Below, piece after piece: positions 17,817-27,344 of a DNA stretch of 64,000 nucleotides. Each line of letters starts with the position of its first letter. The first letter of the stretch is position 1. The notes beneath the pieces are model-generated. The model was not told where the DNA came from. It was given only the letters and a program-made list of their open reading frames with translations, and did no database searches. The position numbers and the translations under genes were made by a program. The stretch is from Parcubacteria bacterium C7867-007 (GTDB taxonomy: Bacteria > Patescibacteriota > Minisyncoccia > Phycocordibacterales > Phycocordibacteraceae), in assembly GCA_001189195.1 (NCBI GenBank), contig LFCQ01000003.1:207791-271790 (forward strand), in the 5' to 3' direction.

Positions 17817-18593
17817 ATGGAGGAATCTGTTGAGATTTCACGTGATGATATAGCGCTACTGGTACGCGATAAGTATCAGGGTAATTCCCCAGAGGACGCT
17901 TTGGCCGCTGATATTGTGCGGCTTGTTGAGGGTGAGCCCCTTGCCTATGTTATTGGGTGGATTCCCTTCCTATCCCTACGCATTCGCCTTGATTCACACC
18001 CACTCATTCCTCGTCCTGAAACTGAATATTGGACGAATGAACTAATCACTCACCTTCGAGAGAAGTTTGGTTCACGTCCATTCCGAATACTTGATCTCTG
18101 TGCTGGTTCAGGTGCCATTGGCCTTGCAGTATTAAAGGAGTTTCCAGATGCACAGGTATATTTTGCAGAACTCATGCCAGAACATATTGCACAGATTGAA
18201 ATCAACCTGAAGGAGAACGGTCTGGATGCATCACGTGTTGATATGTGTGTGAGTGATCTATTTGATACATTTCCTTCTTCTTGGACTGAGCCATTTGATG
18301 TTATTGCAACCAACCCCCCTTACATTCCTGAGGACCGCAGCCTTGATGCCAGTGTCACCAATTACGAACCACTCGAAGCACTCTTCTCTGGTAGTACGGG
18401 TCTTTCCCTAATTACGCGTATCGCACAAGAAGCCCCCATGCGACTCACCCCAGAGGGAGAACTATGGATTGAATGTGACATTGAGAATATCGGGACAGCC
18501 AAAACCCTTATAGACGCCTATGGAGCCCAGCACTCAGATATACGCAGTGACCAGTATGGTCGCCCGCGATTCGTAGTGTCATACTATCCGTAA
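17817..18593 (+). CDS. prmC: peptide chain release factor N(5)-glutamine methyltransferase
   Basis: SAM-binding LDLCAGSGAIG and catalytic NPPY (ATNPPYIPE), typical of HemK/PrmC. Confidence 0.85.
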   Translation: MEESVEISRDDIALLVRDKYQGNSPEDALAADIVRLVEGEPLAYVIGWIPFLSLRIRLDSHPLIPRPETEYWTNELITHLREKFGSRPFRILDLCAGSGAIGLAVLKEFPDAQVYFAELMPEHIAQIEINLKENGLDASRVDMCVSDLFDTFPSSWTEPFDVIATNPPYIPEDRSLDASVTNYEPLEALFSGSTGLSLITRIAQEAPMRLTPEGELWIECDIENIGTAKTLIDAYGAQHSDIRSDQYGRPRFVVSYYP

Positions 18594-18901
18594 TGGAGTC
18601 CGCTCCCCCACCCGTACTGAACGATACCGCTCCACAGATTAATCTTCTGGAGCGTTTTACAAACACCAGCGAACCCCGCGCGTTTGGACAGCCTGGAGTC
18701 TCACTGCCACCTATTGATTTAAGTGGGGTTATTCCTGTTGTGTTCAGTATTATCTTTCTTATATGGACGATATATAGCATCGTGATTATGTATCACTGGT
18801 TCCGCTATCATCATCGTTCGTGGTTTGCTGTGCCAGCTATTGTGATGCATTTCGTAGTGTCCGGTTTCATTATCCTATTTATGATTAGTGGCCTACGTTG
18901 A
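18593..18901 (+). CDS. hypothetical small membrane protein
   Basis: Two C-terminal TM helices. Start and stop overlap the neighbouring genes in operon fashion. Confidence 0.4.
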   Translation: MESAPPPVLNDTAPQINLLERFTNTSEPRAFGQPGVSLPPIDLSGVIPVVFSIIFLIWTIYSIVIMYHWFRYHHRSWFAVPAIVMHFVVSGFIILFMISGLR

Positions 18902-19496
18902 TATGGAAGAATTTGAACTTGAACTTGGTGAGGTCGTAAAAAAGTCTGTGAGGCAGCACTGGTTTCTGCTTGCACTTAAGATCGTTCCTTATGTTCTGCT
19001 AACCATCGCGCCACTTTTAGTGATCCCGCTATTCAACATACTGGCTACCGGCGTGAGTACGGCTGGCGTGCAGGTAGCGGTACTTGATGTGAGTTTGGGT
19101 AACCCACTGGTTCGATTCCTTCTTGGGGTATGGTGGATCTTCGTATGGATGGCAACCTTCACCATGTTAACTAAGTTCTTCCTGACTCAGTGGATTATCA
19201 CGAGTACACGCATTGTAAACATCTCACAAGAAAGCCTCTTTGATCGCCGCGTATCAAGCTTCCTCCTTGCCCGCGTACAAGATGTAACCACAGATGTTCA
19301 GGGCATTTTCCCCACCTTGATTGGATACGGCACTCTCAACGTTGAGACGGCAGGTCGTGATGAAAAGTTCTCAATGGAAGGAATCGCACACCCTGAAGAC
19401 GTTCGTGATCTAATCATGGGGGAAATTGCGGATCTTCAAAATCATGACAGTCTTGGTACGAAGATTGCAAAGACGGTTGGTAATGCACTTATTTAG
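18888..19496 (+). CDS. PH-domain (bPH_2/YdbT-like) membrane protein
   Basis: A TM hairpin is followed by WIITSTRIVNISQESLFDRRVSSFLLARVQDVTTDVQGIFPTLIGYGTLNVETAG, typical of DUF304. Confidence 0.5.
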   Translation: MAYVDMEEFELELGEVVKKSVRQHWFLLALKIVPYVLLTIAPLLVIPLFNILATGVSTAGVQVAVLDVSLGNPLVRFLLGVWWIFVWMATFTMLTKFFLTQWIITSTRIVNISQESLFDRRVSSFLLARVQDVTTDVQGIFPTLIGYGTLNVETAGRDEKFSMEGIAHPEDVRDLIMGEIADLQNHDSLGTKIAKTVGNALI

Positions 19497-19536
19497 TACA
19501 CATGCAGCCTGTGTATAGATTTGATACACTCAAACT

Positions 19537-20796
19537 ATGAGTGAGAACGAACCCCTAAGCACAGAATCCTATAAAGGTGTGCGTGATTTCTACCCTCGCG
19601 ATTTTGCTACACGAGAGGCGGTCTTCGGACGCATCCGTCGTACCCTAGGTCTATATGGCTATGAGGAATACAATGCTTCCCCGCTAGAACGAGCAGAACT
19701 GTATGAAGCAAAAACAAGTGAGGAGATTGTAAACGAACAAACCTATACTTTCACTGATCGTGGTGATCGACGTGTTACTCTCCGCCCCGAGATGACACCG
19801 AGCCTTGCTCGCATGGTTGCAGGCAAGCGACGTGAATTAGTATTTCCTCTTCGTTGGTTTTCAATTGGTAACCGGTTCCGCTATGAACGTCCTCAACGTG
19901 GACGTCTGCGTGAATTCTTTCAGACAGATGTGGACCTGCTTGGTCTTCCTGCCGGTGATGCAGATATAGAGGTTGTTTCTATTGCGACTCGTATCCTTAA
20001 AGAGTTCGGTGCAACAGACCAGGATTTCATCGTACGCGTTAACTCACGTGAACTCCTTACGCAAGCATGTACGGCAGCAGGTCTTTCTGGTGATTCCATT
20101 AAACAATACATGCGTCTGTTAGATAAGAAGGACAAGATGCCGAAGGAAATCTTCGATGTTGCGGTGCGTGAGATCACCCACAAGGATCCATTGAATTTAA
20201 TTGCTCAGGATGAGCCAAGTCTTATTGAAGCAAAGCGCATGATTCTTGGTACTATCGTGCAACTCAAGGAACGCGGTGTCGCCAATGCAGTATTTGATCC
20301 AACACTCGTTCGCGGTTTCGATTACTACACTGGTATCACCTTTGAGGTATATGATACTGATCCAGAAAACCCGCGCGCAATCTTTGGAGGTGGTCGCTAT
20401 GACCGACTTGTTGCTATGTTCGGTGGTGATCCAATCCCTGCGGTTGGTTTCGCGATAGGTGATGTAACGCTCATGGACTTCCTTGAGACACATGGTCTCA
20501 CCCCAGATGCTGGTGGCTTGCCCCAGGTATACCTTGGGACTATTCCAGAAGGACTTGAAGAAGCAACGACCTTTGCTGAGTCTCTTAGGACTGCAGGTGT
20601 TCGAGTATTTATGAACCTCACACAGCGCAGCTTAGGTGATCAGATTCGTGAGGCTGCTAAACGTGGTATTCCGTACTTCACTACCTACGGCCCGGATGAA
20701 GTGAAATCTGGAGTACTCCGTCTCAAACGTCTTGATACTGGCGCAGAAGAATCACTTGATGAACAGGATGTTGCTTCGTATTTGTTACGTTCCTAA
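19537..20796 (+). CDS. hisS: histidine--tRNA ligase
   Basis: Class II aaRS motifs (FRYERPQRGRLREFFQ motif 2-like; GGGRYDRL motif 3) and an anticodon-binding C-terminus. Confidence 0.9.
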   Translation: MSENEPLSTESYKGVRDFYPRDFATREAVFGRIRRTLGLYGYEEYNASPLERAELYEAKTSEEIVNEQTYTFTDRGDRRVTLRPEMTPSLARMVAGKRRELVFPLRWFSIGNRFRYERPQRGRLREFFQTDVDLLGLPAGDADIEVVSIATRILKEFGATDQDFIVRVNSRELLTQACTAAGLSGDSIKQYMRLLDKKDKMPKEIFDVAVREITHKDPLNLIAQDEPSLIEAKRMILGTIVQLKERGVANAVFDPTLVRGFDYYTGITFEVYDTDPENPRAIFGGGRYDRLVAMFGGDPIPAVGFAIGDVTLMDFLETHGLTPDAGGLPQVYLGTIPEGLEEATTFAESLRTAGVRVFMNLTQRSLGDQIREAAKRGIPYFTTYGPDEVKSGVLRLKRLDTGAEESLDEQDVASYLLRS

Positions 20797-20809
20797 GGAA
20801 ACATAGGGT

Positions 20810-21388
20810 ATGCGCGCTATAACGTTTGATATTGAGACAGTAAATGCATTCCCGAGCTTGGGCCGGAACGACCTCGCTCGTATGGAAATCTCCATTGTGG
20901 GCATCCATGATTCTGAAACTGATGAATACTCTTCATATTCTAAAGAAGAATTTCCAAAGCTCTGGCCGATTCTTGAACGTGCAGATATGCTCATTGGCTT
21001 TAACTCGGATACTTTTGATATTCCCATCCTCAACCGCTACTATCCTGGTGACCTCACCAAAATCAAATCATTAGATCTCCTTGTTGAAGTACAGAAAGCA
21101 CTTGGCCGTCGTGTTCGCCTACAATCACTTGCAGAAGCAACGTTGCATAAAGGCAAAGGAGGAAATGGGCTCCAAGCAGTTGAGTGGTGGGCACAAGGAG
21201 AATATGAAAAGGTTCGAAAGTATTGTATTGAAGACGTACGTATCACCCGTGAGCTCTATGACTACGCACTCACAAACAAATCACTTAAATATAAGGATCT
21301 TAAGGAAAAACGCGAAGTTAAAATTGATACTCGTACTTGGGAGGAAGTGCCCGATGCTCCTGCAATAACACACACCCTTCCCTTTTAG
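20810..21388 (+). CDS. RNase H-like 3'-5' exonuclease (DnaQ/PolB-exo-like, YprB family)
   Basis: ITFDIETV (Exo I DxE), then FNSDTFDIPIL and YCIEDVRITRELYDY (Exo III). Confidence 0.65.
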   Translation: MRAITFDIETVNAFPSLGRNDLARMEISIVGIHDSETDEYSSYSKEEFPKLWPILERADMLIGFNSDTFDIPILNRYYPGDLTKIKSLDLLVEVQKALGRRVRLQSLAEATLHKGKGGNGLQAVEWWAQGEYEKVRKYCIEDVRITRELYDYALTNKSLKYKDLKEKREVKIDTRTWEEVPDAPAITHTLPF

Positions 21389-21448
21389 CCATATTCTTGG
21401 CTGTTTTAATGAAGTAGTGTAAGATCAGTAAAATGTGGCCCACATACG

Positions 21449-21865
21449 GTGGGTCACGCACCTTTCAGGAGTCTCTGTGTGCATATCGATATTGTTGGAC
21501 TACACTCGCCAGAACACGAACGCGGTCGCTCGGTCGCGGCAACAAACCATCTCGGAGCAAACTTTAGCCAGTTGATGGCTAAGCTCAGAAGTAGGCCGAG
21601 TCTGAAGACGTACTTCGAACTTCATCGCGGGTCAGCTATCGGTCTCGGGAACGTGACGATTTCTCCCCGTGAAGATACGCCGGCGGTCCAGATTCGTCTG
21701 TCCTGGCTCCCCGAACACAACGAGGTACGGGCTGCGATCGTGGAGATGGTCGAGAACACCGTGTTCGCCGCATTTGAAGGAGCAGCAGACGTTCTGGTCT
21801 ACGGGCCAAACGATCGCTCTGTTCCAATCTCAGCGCGTCGTTGTATCGATACACAAGTTGCGTAG
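21449..21865 (+). CDS. hypothetical protein in a high-GC island (or structured RNA)
   Basis: A 138-aa ORF with high-GC3 codon usage unlike its neighbours. A TTGGCT-17-TAAGAT promoter-like pair sits at ~21401-21430 and a strong terminator follows. No family recognised. Confidence 0.3.
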   Translation: MGHAPFRSLCVHIDIVGLHSPEHERGRSVAATNHLGANFSQLMAKLRSRPSLKTYFELHRGSAIGLGNVTISPREDTPAVQIRLSWLPEHNEVRAAIVEMVENTVFAAFEGAADVLVYGPNDRSVPISARRCIDTQVA

Positions 21866-21887
21866 TAGATATGCGCAAACTCCCTTC

Positions 21888-21926
21888 GCCCCGGCAGCCT
21901 CTATGGCTGCCGGGGTTTCTTTTATA
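21888..21926 (+). terminator. intrinsic terminator
   Basis: CCCCGGCAGCC-tctatg-GCTGCCGGGG followed by tttcttttat. Confidence 0.6.
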
Positions 21927-21956
21927 TACACAAATAGTGCGTGGTATTCTGTTCTT

Positions 21957-22676
21957 ATGGATGCAGATCAGGATGTAGCACTCGTACAGGAATCTCGCAG
22001 TATATGGTTTATACCTGGTGCAATTATCGCTGCAGGTGTTCTGTTGGCGATAAGTATTTACGTGGTACGTACCACAATACCTCCAAGTGCTCCTAAGGGA
22101 GACATCTCTTATCTGCGACCAGTATCAGATTCAGATCACATTATAGGGAACCCAACGGCACCCGTTGTGATTATCGAGTATGCCGATATGGATTCCAGCT
22201 ACACCAAGACCTTCCAGCAAACCATGCAGCAAATTATGGCCGAGTATGCTCCTGGAGGAAAAGTGGCTTGGGTATATCGTCACTTCCCCCTTATCGATCA
22301 ATACCGAAACAGCGAACAGCATGCAGAAGCTGCTGAGTGTGCGAGCGCACTCGGTACCACAAACACATTCTGGACCTTCATTGATATTCTTCACGCACGC
22401 GCACCCGGGAATCAGGTATTCAATCCTCAAAACTACGACAGTATCATTGAATCTCTTGGTGTTGATCCTGCGAGATTTGAGTCATGCATGCAAGCAAATA
22501 CGTATCGTGAGCGAGTGAGTAACGATATATCAAATGCAATTGAAATCGGAGCATACAGCACACCAACCATCGTTGTGGTGATTAAGGGACAGAAGAAGCC
22601 TGTACTCATTAGTGGCGCTCTCCCCTATGACGCTATGAAGAAGATTATTCAGGAGTCGATTGCGAAGACGAAATAG
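21957..22676 (+). CDS. DsbA-like thioredoxin-fold protein lacking the CxxC motif
   Basis: An N-terminal TM anchor is followed by the DsbA fold (APVVIIEYADMDSSYTKTF...). At the position where DsbA has E(F/Y)xDYxCPxC this protein has EYADMDSSY, i.e. no cysteines. Confidence 0.65.
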   Translation: MDADQDVALVQESRSIWFIPGAIIAAGVLLAISIYVVRTTIPPSAPKGDISYLRPVSDSDHIIGNPTAPVVIIEYADMDSSYTKTFQQTMQQIMAEYAPGGKVAWVYRHFPLIDQYRNSEQHAEAAECASALGTTNTFWTFIDILHARAPGNQVFNPQNYDSIIESLGVDPARFESCMQANTYRERVSNDISNAIEIGAYSTPTIVVVIKGQKKPVLISGALPYDAMKKIIQESIAKTK

Positions 22677-25502
22677 CTAGGTAAATAATTTAAGTAGATC
22701 GTCATACTCAGAAGGTTCTCCTTTACGCCATGCACCAGACCACAACTCCTGGATCACCTCTTCTAAGGTGGTGGCGAGCTGGGTACGTATATCGTCTGTG
22801 AGGGGTATGGGGTATTCAGTTACATCCTCTGGGGAAACCTGCACAATGCTGGCGTGTGTGGTGTTGTGTCCACCAGAACGAAGGAGAAGGTCGTAGAAGG
22901 CGAGCTGGCGAGCATGCTTTTCATCTTTGATATGAACATCGCTTGAAGTCTTGAAATCCACAATACACTCCCCTGCCGGCGTACTAAAGATTGCGTCCAC
23001 CTTTCCTTGGAGCTTAATGCTATGTCCGGCAATTTCCTTAGTGACAGAAAAGCCCTTCTCGATTGCAACCACTTCTTTCAGAGTGCCTTCGTGTGCAATG
23101 TATGAGGCAAGACTGTTCTGTGCATGCTCCACCACACGATTGTATGCAGCGTTACGCGGCAGGAGTGACTTCTTAAGGCACCGTGCCAGCGCTGCTTCGG
23201 CCTCCTCCTCACTCTTGGTTTCAAGATATGCAGCAATACCAGCATGAACCGCAATACCAATAGCCGTAGCGGGTGCTTCTGGTTCATGGAGACGAAGTAC
23301 ACGTCGAGCAAAGAAGGTACTTGGAGACTCAAGGTATTCATTCATTGCTGATGGTGAGAGACCATCCTTGGTGAGGAATTCCTGCACCAATTCACAGACT
23401 AGTTTTGACGCGTTAACGGAAGCATGCAGAACAGGAAGCGGATCATACGCAGGGGTGATGCTTGGTATAGCGGACGGGAGGAGGGCTGATGGTGGTGTTT
23501 CTCTTCCATCTGCAGATTCAGCAGCATAGGAAAATACCAGCTCATCCTTCGCTCGCGTGATAGCTACATAGAAAAGCTTTGTTATATCCTCCAAGCTTCG
23601 AGATTGATCCACGGGTGATGGAATCTTTGCCGGCATTCCTCCCTTTTCCCATTGTCGCGCGTTCATCCCAACCACAAAAACCTTTTTAAACTCCATACCC
23701 TTGGCCTTATGCGCGGTGATTACCGTTACCTTTCCTTCTGCGAAGGTGATGCTTGTTTTAACATTCTCAAGTCCATGTTCATTTGCTTGTATTAACGTGC
23801 GCACTACATCTGCAAATGATTGATTAGGATTGCGTGCTACCAGCTCTTCAATATGCATAAAGAGCTTTCGTACTAGAGTGATGTCTTCTAGGTGATCTGC
23901 GTGCGACAGAAGGAATGCTCGTGCACCTGAGTCTATTAGTAATTTAGAAAGAAGTGGAAGTGGTGCAGTGGTGAGAACAGCAGCACGTAGTGTTGCTAAT
24001 GCTTCAGCCACGTTGGGTGCACGGGATTCAAGTGCAAGCATCAGTTCATTGTCTCGGTTCTGGCGCAGGAGTTCTGCGCGCTCGGAAAGGGCGAGTGGCC
24101 ACCACGGAGCAAGTAGTGCTTCACGTACACTACTTACATCAAGGGGATCTGCAATTGCGCGCATAAGCGCAAGAATGCCTCGTAGCGTTGCCCGGCTGCT
24201 CAGCAGTACGTCACCAGCACGAAGTGTGGGTACACCACGTGCAGTGAGTATTTCTGCAAACTCATTTGCAGTACTATTGCGGGCTGCTATCACCGCAATC
24301 TCGTGAGGTTCTGTTCCCGCTGCGATAGCATCTGAAATAAGCTGTGCAATCTGATCACGTTCAGCAAGTGGATCAGGTGCTGCAAGTACTGATATGGTTG
24401 CTGATTCTTCTCTGCCAGCCAAGGCAAGGTGCGTGCCTGTAGCGCTTGGCACAGCCTGAATAAGCGTGTGTGCCTTGTCTAGAATGCCCTGACGTGAACG
24501 ATAGCTGGTGGTGAGTGAGATAACTTCTGTGCGTGGGTAGTGCTCCGTGAAAGTTTTGAAATGGGAACTGTCTGCACCCTGGAAACGATAGATTGCCTGC
24601 TTCTCATCACCCACAACGAAGATGTTTGGGTGCTCATCATATGCAAGTACATCCAAGAGCGCGTGCTGGAGTGCATTAGCATCTTGGTGTTCATCAGCAA
24701 GGACGTATTGGTACTGCTCCTGGATGGATGCCCGCAGTTCTGCGTCTTCACTAAGTCCATCCACAGCAATACGCAGCACATCGGCGAAGTCGTATACCTC
24801 ACGTTCCTCTTTAAGGGTTTCGTATGCTTCGATAAGGCGTGCAGCTTCATATACTTTCTCTAACCGATCAAGTTTCTTCTGTCCCTCTGGCTTTAGTTCT
24901 CCTTTGGCACCATGTTTGCTATCTCGTTGGTACTGTAGAGATTCATCAGTGCGAATTCGATCTGCTTCTGTACGTGCCCATGCACGATAGTCGTCCAGTG
25001 AGATACGCTCACGCAGCAAGTCGTTACGGAGCATCGCAAGATCCGTTAAATAGAAGTATGGAGACTTTGTAGTACGGAGCGCCACAAGATCTTCGTTCTC
25101 TAATACTTCACGCCATAGCAAGGTGCTCTCAACATCACCTGCCAGCCGTTTCCCTATTGCTTGTGGGAATGAGTCTTGATAGTTCTGAAGCAGGTGCTCT
25201 GCAAAGCCATGAAAGGTTGTTATAAAAACATCCCGTGCTGCCGTGTCTCCAATCATGCTCGCAAGACGTGTGCGTACCGTGCGTGCTGCGCTCTCGGTAA
25301 AGGTGAGGACGAGAATGTTGGTGGGGTTGGCCTGTGTTAAGCGAAGGATGTTCGCAATGCGCAGTGTGAGAATGTGGGTCTTGCCGGTACCCGGTCCAGC
25401 AATAACCAGTACTGGACCCTCTACCGTATCAACAGCCTTCTTCTGGGCTTCATTAAGAGTGCCGTATGCCTTTAGGAACATGCCCTGGTCCGTCTTATCC
25501 AT
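22677..25502 (-). CDS. UvrD/PcrA-type helicase fused to a C-terminal PD-(D/E)XK (RecB/Cas4-like) nuclease (AddA-like)
   Basis: Walker A GPGTGKTH, UvrD motifs (VLADEHQD, TTSYRS, VITAHKAKGMEFKKVFV), and a C-terminal ...CIVDFKTSSDVHIK...QLAFYDLLL nuclease core. Confidence 0.85.
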   Translation of the reverse strand: MDKTDQGMFLKAYGTLNEAQKKAVDTVEGPVLVIAGPGTGKTHILTLRIANILRLTQANPTNILVLTFTESAARTVRTRLASMIGDTAARDVFITTFHGFAEHLLQNYQDSFPQAIGKRLAGDVESTLLWREVLENEDLVALRTTKSPYFYLTDLAMLRNDLLRERISLDDYRAWARTEADRIRTDESLQYQRDSKHGAKGELKPEGQKKLDRLEKVYEAARLIEAYETLKEEREVYDFADVLRIAVDGLSEDAELRASIQEQYQYVLADEHQDANALQHALLDVLAYDEHPNIFVVGDEKQAIYRFQGADSSHFKTFTEHYPRTEVISLTTSYRSRQGILDKAHTLIQAVPSATGTHLALAGREESATISVLAAPDPLAERDQIAQLISDAIAAGTEPHEIAVIAARNSTANEFAEILTARGVPTLRAGDVLLSSRATLRGILALMRAIADPLDVSSVREALLAPWWPLALSERAELLRQNRDNELMLALESRAPNVAEALATLRAAVLTTAPLPLLSKLLIDSGARAFLLSHADHLEDITLVRKLFMHIEELVARNPNQSFADVVRTLIQANEHGLENVKTSITFAEGKVTVITAHKAKGMEFKKVFVVGMNARQWEKGGMPAKIPSPVDQSRSLEDITKLFYVAITRAKDELVFSYAAESADGRETPPSALLPSAIPSITPAYDPLPVLHASVNASKLVCELVQEFLTKDGLSPSAMNEYLESPSTFFARRVLRLHEPEAPATAIGIAVHAGIAAYLETKSEEEAEAALARCLKKSLLPRNAAYNRVVEHAQNSLASYIAHEGTLKEVVAIEKGFSVTKEIAGHSIKLQGKVDAIFSTPAGECIVDFKTSSDVHIKDEKHARQLAFYDLLLRSGGHNTTHASIVQVSPEDVTEYPIPLTDDIRTQLATTLEEVIQELWSGAWRKGEPSEYDDLLKLFT

Positions 25503-25896
25503 CCCTCCATTCTACCTGACCCGTATATGCTGCCTATCTCTTCATGAACCACCCTTCATGGTATGGTTTGTATCAGGAATAGGGAGGACCAGTGATGCGA
25601 ATTGCTACCCACACGTACCTTGTGATTCCGCGCCCTGCCCAGCGGATGGCGCACACTCGCAGGCTGGGGCACCGCGATTTCCGCTGGTTCCTCAAGCACA
25701 AACGGATCGGGCTCACAGGCCGTGGGCACATGTACCAGAGGACCTGCCAGCTCCGTGCTGAGCGTCGGCAGCGCTTCAAGACCATTCGACAGCAACGCCG
25801 GCAACGACAAGCTACCACCCTGCACAAGCATCAGTATCGCAGCTGACGTTCTGAGAATGCCCGGGAACCGCAGAAGCGGATCCCGGGCTTCTTCAT

Positions 25897-26484
25897 TTAC
25901 TTGAACCCACTTTTTAGTACGGAACGCAGTCGCTTGTATTCAGGTATGGTCTCTCCCACCAGGCTCCAGAACTTTGGGGAGTGATTGTGCTCCTTTGTGT
26001 GACAGAGCTCATGTACGACAAGGTAGTCTTGCTGTGCAGGGGGAAGATAGGCGATGCGGTAGTTGAATGATAGGTTACCCGCAGCAGAGCAGCTTCCCCA
26101 TCGCGTCTTTTGGTTACGAATGGAGATGCTTCCGTACGTAAATTTATAGTGTTCATTGAAATGACTGAGTCTTTCGGTACTGATTGCTCGAGCGATTGCC
26201 ACCGCTTGTTTGTATGCAGCACTTCCCATACGAGGCTTTGGTAGTAGGATTGGTTCTGCAATACCAAGCTTCCTTCGCTTCTGCTCTATCTTCTTGGTGC
26301 GTGCAATAAATGCTTCCTTTGTTTGAAGAATCCATGCCGTGCGCTGTTTTAGAAATGCTTCTGCAATATGTAGAGGCATACGAATGGGTTTGGTGAGGAG
26401 TACCCGTCCATCTGGAAATACATCAATCCGCAGGTGCTTTGCCCGTGCGGATTCTCTGATCTCATGCGTTACTGTTTGACCCAT
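25897..26484 (-). CDS. DUF45 / YgjP-like zinc metallopeptidase-fold hydrolase (M48/WLM-like)
   Basis: [16 protein letters not shown] contains the HExxH...NH zincin-like motif characteristic of DUF45. Confidence 0.7.
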   Translation of the reverse strand: MGQTVTHEIRESARAKHLRIDVFPDGRVLLTKPIRMPLHIAEAFLKQRTAWILQTKEAFIARTKKIEQKRRKLGIAEPILLPKPRMGSAAYKQAVAIARAISTERLSHFNEHYKFTYGSISIRNQKTRWGSCSAAGNLSFNYRIAYLPPAQQDYLVVHELCHTKEHNHSPKFWSLVGETIPEYKRLRSVLKSGFK

Positions 26485-26559
26485 ACTATATCTTTGCTAT
26501 CATACTCTTATTACGGCTTCGGCCTCCGAGAGTCTTCGCAGCAGTGCGAAGACTCGTGT

Positions 26560-26979
26560 TTATATTAGTGACACTAGCAAGGCTTGCTTAGTTTCTCGAA
26601 AGTCATCTTCAGAAATTGAACCTATTTTGCGTAGCAAGCGCTTGCTACTAATAACCCGTACTTGAGTAAGCTTCACCCACGAGAGTTTTCCACGAATCTG
26701 AACTGGATGATGGAACGAGTTCTCATGTTTTTTGCTAGTAACTGGCAGAACTAGCAGAGTAAGGGAATTATACACTTTTAAAACCAATACTGGTCTTTCA
26801 AACACACTATTCTTTCCATCAATTTCAGCTCCAATATTGAGTCCAAGTGCACACCACCAGACTTCGCGATTGTGTGCAAATATATGTACAGAACGTTTTT
26901 CGAGAAACTTTTTCTGCTGATTCCATGTATCAAAATCTTTCTCACTTTGCATGACCGCAGAAGTATACGCCATGCACAT
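26560..26979 (-). CDS. PemK/MazF-family toxin-like endoribonuclease (no cognate antitoxin gene seen)
   Basis: REVWWCALGLNIGAEIDGKNSVFERPVLVLKVYNSLTLLVLPVTSK...QIRGKLSWVKLTQVRVISSKRLLRKIGSISEDDFRETKQAL matches the MazF/NdoA pattern G-x-V-W-x-x-L-x-x-x-G-x-E-x-x-G-K...RP-V-L-V-L...L-P-x-T-S...IRTI-SK-RL...IG-LS. The start may be Met10 (26952). Confidence 0.6.
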   Translation of the reverse strand: MCMAYTSAVMQSEKDFDTWNQQKKFLEKRSVHIFAHNREVWWCALGLNIGAEIDGKNSVFERPVLVLKVYNSLTLLVLPVTSKKHENSFHHPVQIRGKLSWVKLTQVRVISSKRLLRKIGSISEDDFRETKQALLVSLI

Positions 26980-27344
26980 AAAATTAAACTGAATCTTTTA
27001 TGGAAAGGAAAAGGCCCGCGCATCTCGCGCGAGCCTCCTTTATTCCGCTGCCGCGGCGGTGCGGTCAGTCGTCCGGCGGGCTGCTGCCCTGCCGCGGCGT
27101 CACGACCCCCCGAAGCGGGGACTGCCGGGACTCGCGTCCCTTGTGCCCTTTCGAGCCCTTGCTGCCATTGCAGCGGCGGTTTTGGATTCGAGCCAACCTC
27201 TTCTCCCTAAGTACTTCCCTGAGCCCCATTTGCCCAGAAACTACAAGTTATAACATGAGGTATGGGAAGTCAAATATACTGAATGACTGACTCCCAAAGT
27301 ACGAACAATATCTTACGTCGATGTACTTCGTTTATACTCTCTAT

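Noticed and set aside
25592-25846. 84-aa extremely Arg-rich plus-strand ORF in the 25.5-25.9 kb GC-rich spacer, versus a 91-aa minus-strand ORF (25556-25831)
   Set aside because: In GC-rich DNA all frames are open and neither has family similarity. The minus-strand frame is more parsimonious (same strand as all flanking genes), but I could not support either as a feature. The island is reported as a finding instead.
26778-27023. 81-aa minus-strand ORF with a perfect AAGGAGG-N9-ATG
   Set aside because: It overlaps ~200 nt of the MazF-like gene in another frame. The MazF frame has clear family similarity, so the 81-aa frame is probably non-coding. The SD is noted under the GC-rich element finding.
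21400-27240. GC-rich islands as RNase P RNA, tmRNA or SRP RNA
   Set aside because: I looked for the GGAAAGUCCGG / ACAGAAACCCGGCUUA (RNase P) boxes, the tmRNA tag-ORF plus GGUUCGA...CCACCA tail, and the SRP domain IV AGGUCAGG..GGAAG..AGCAGCC. None is present beyond short chance matches.
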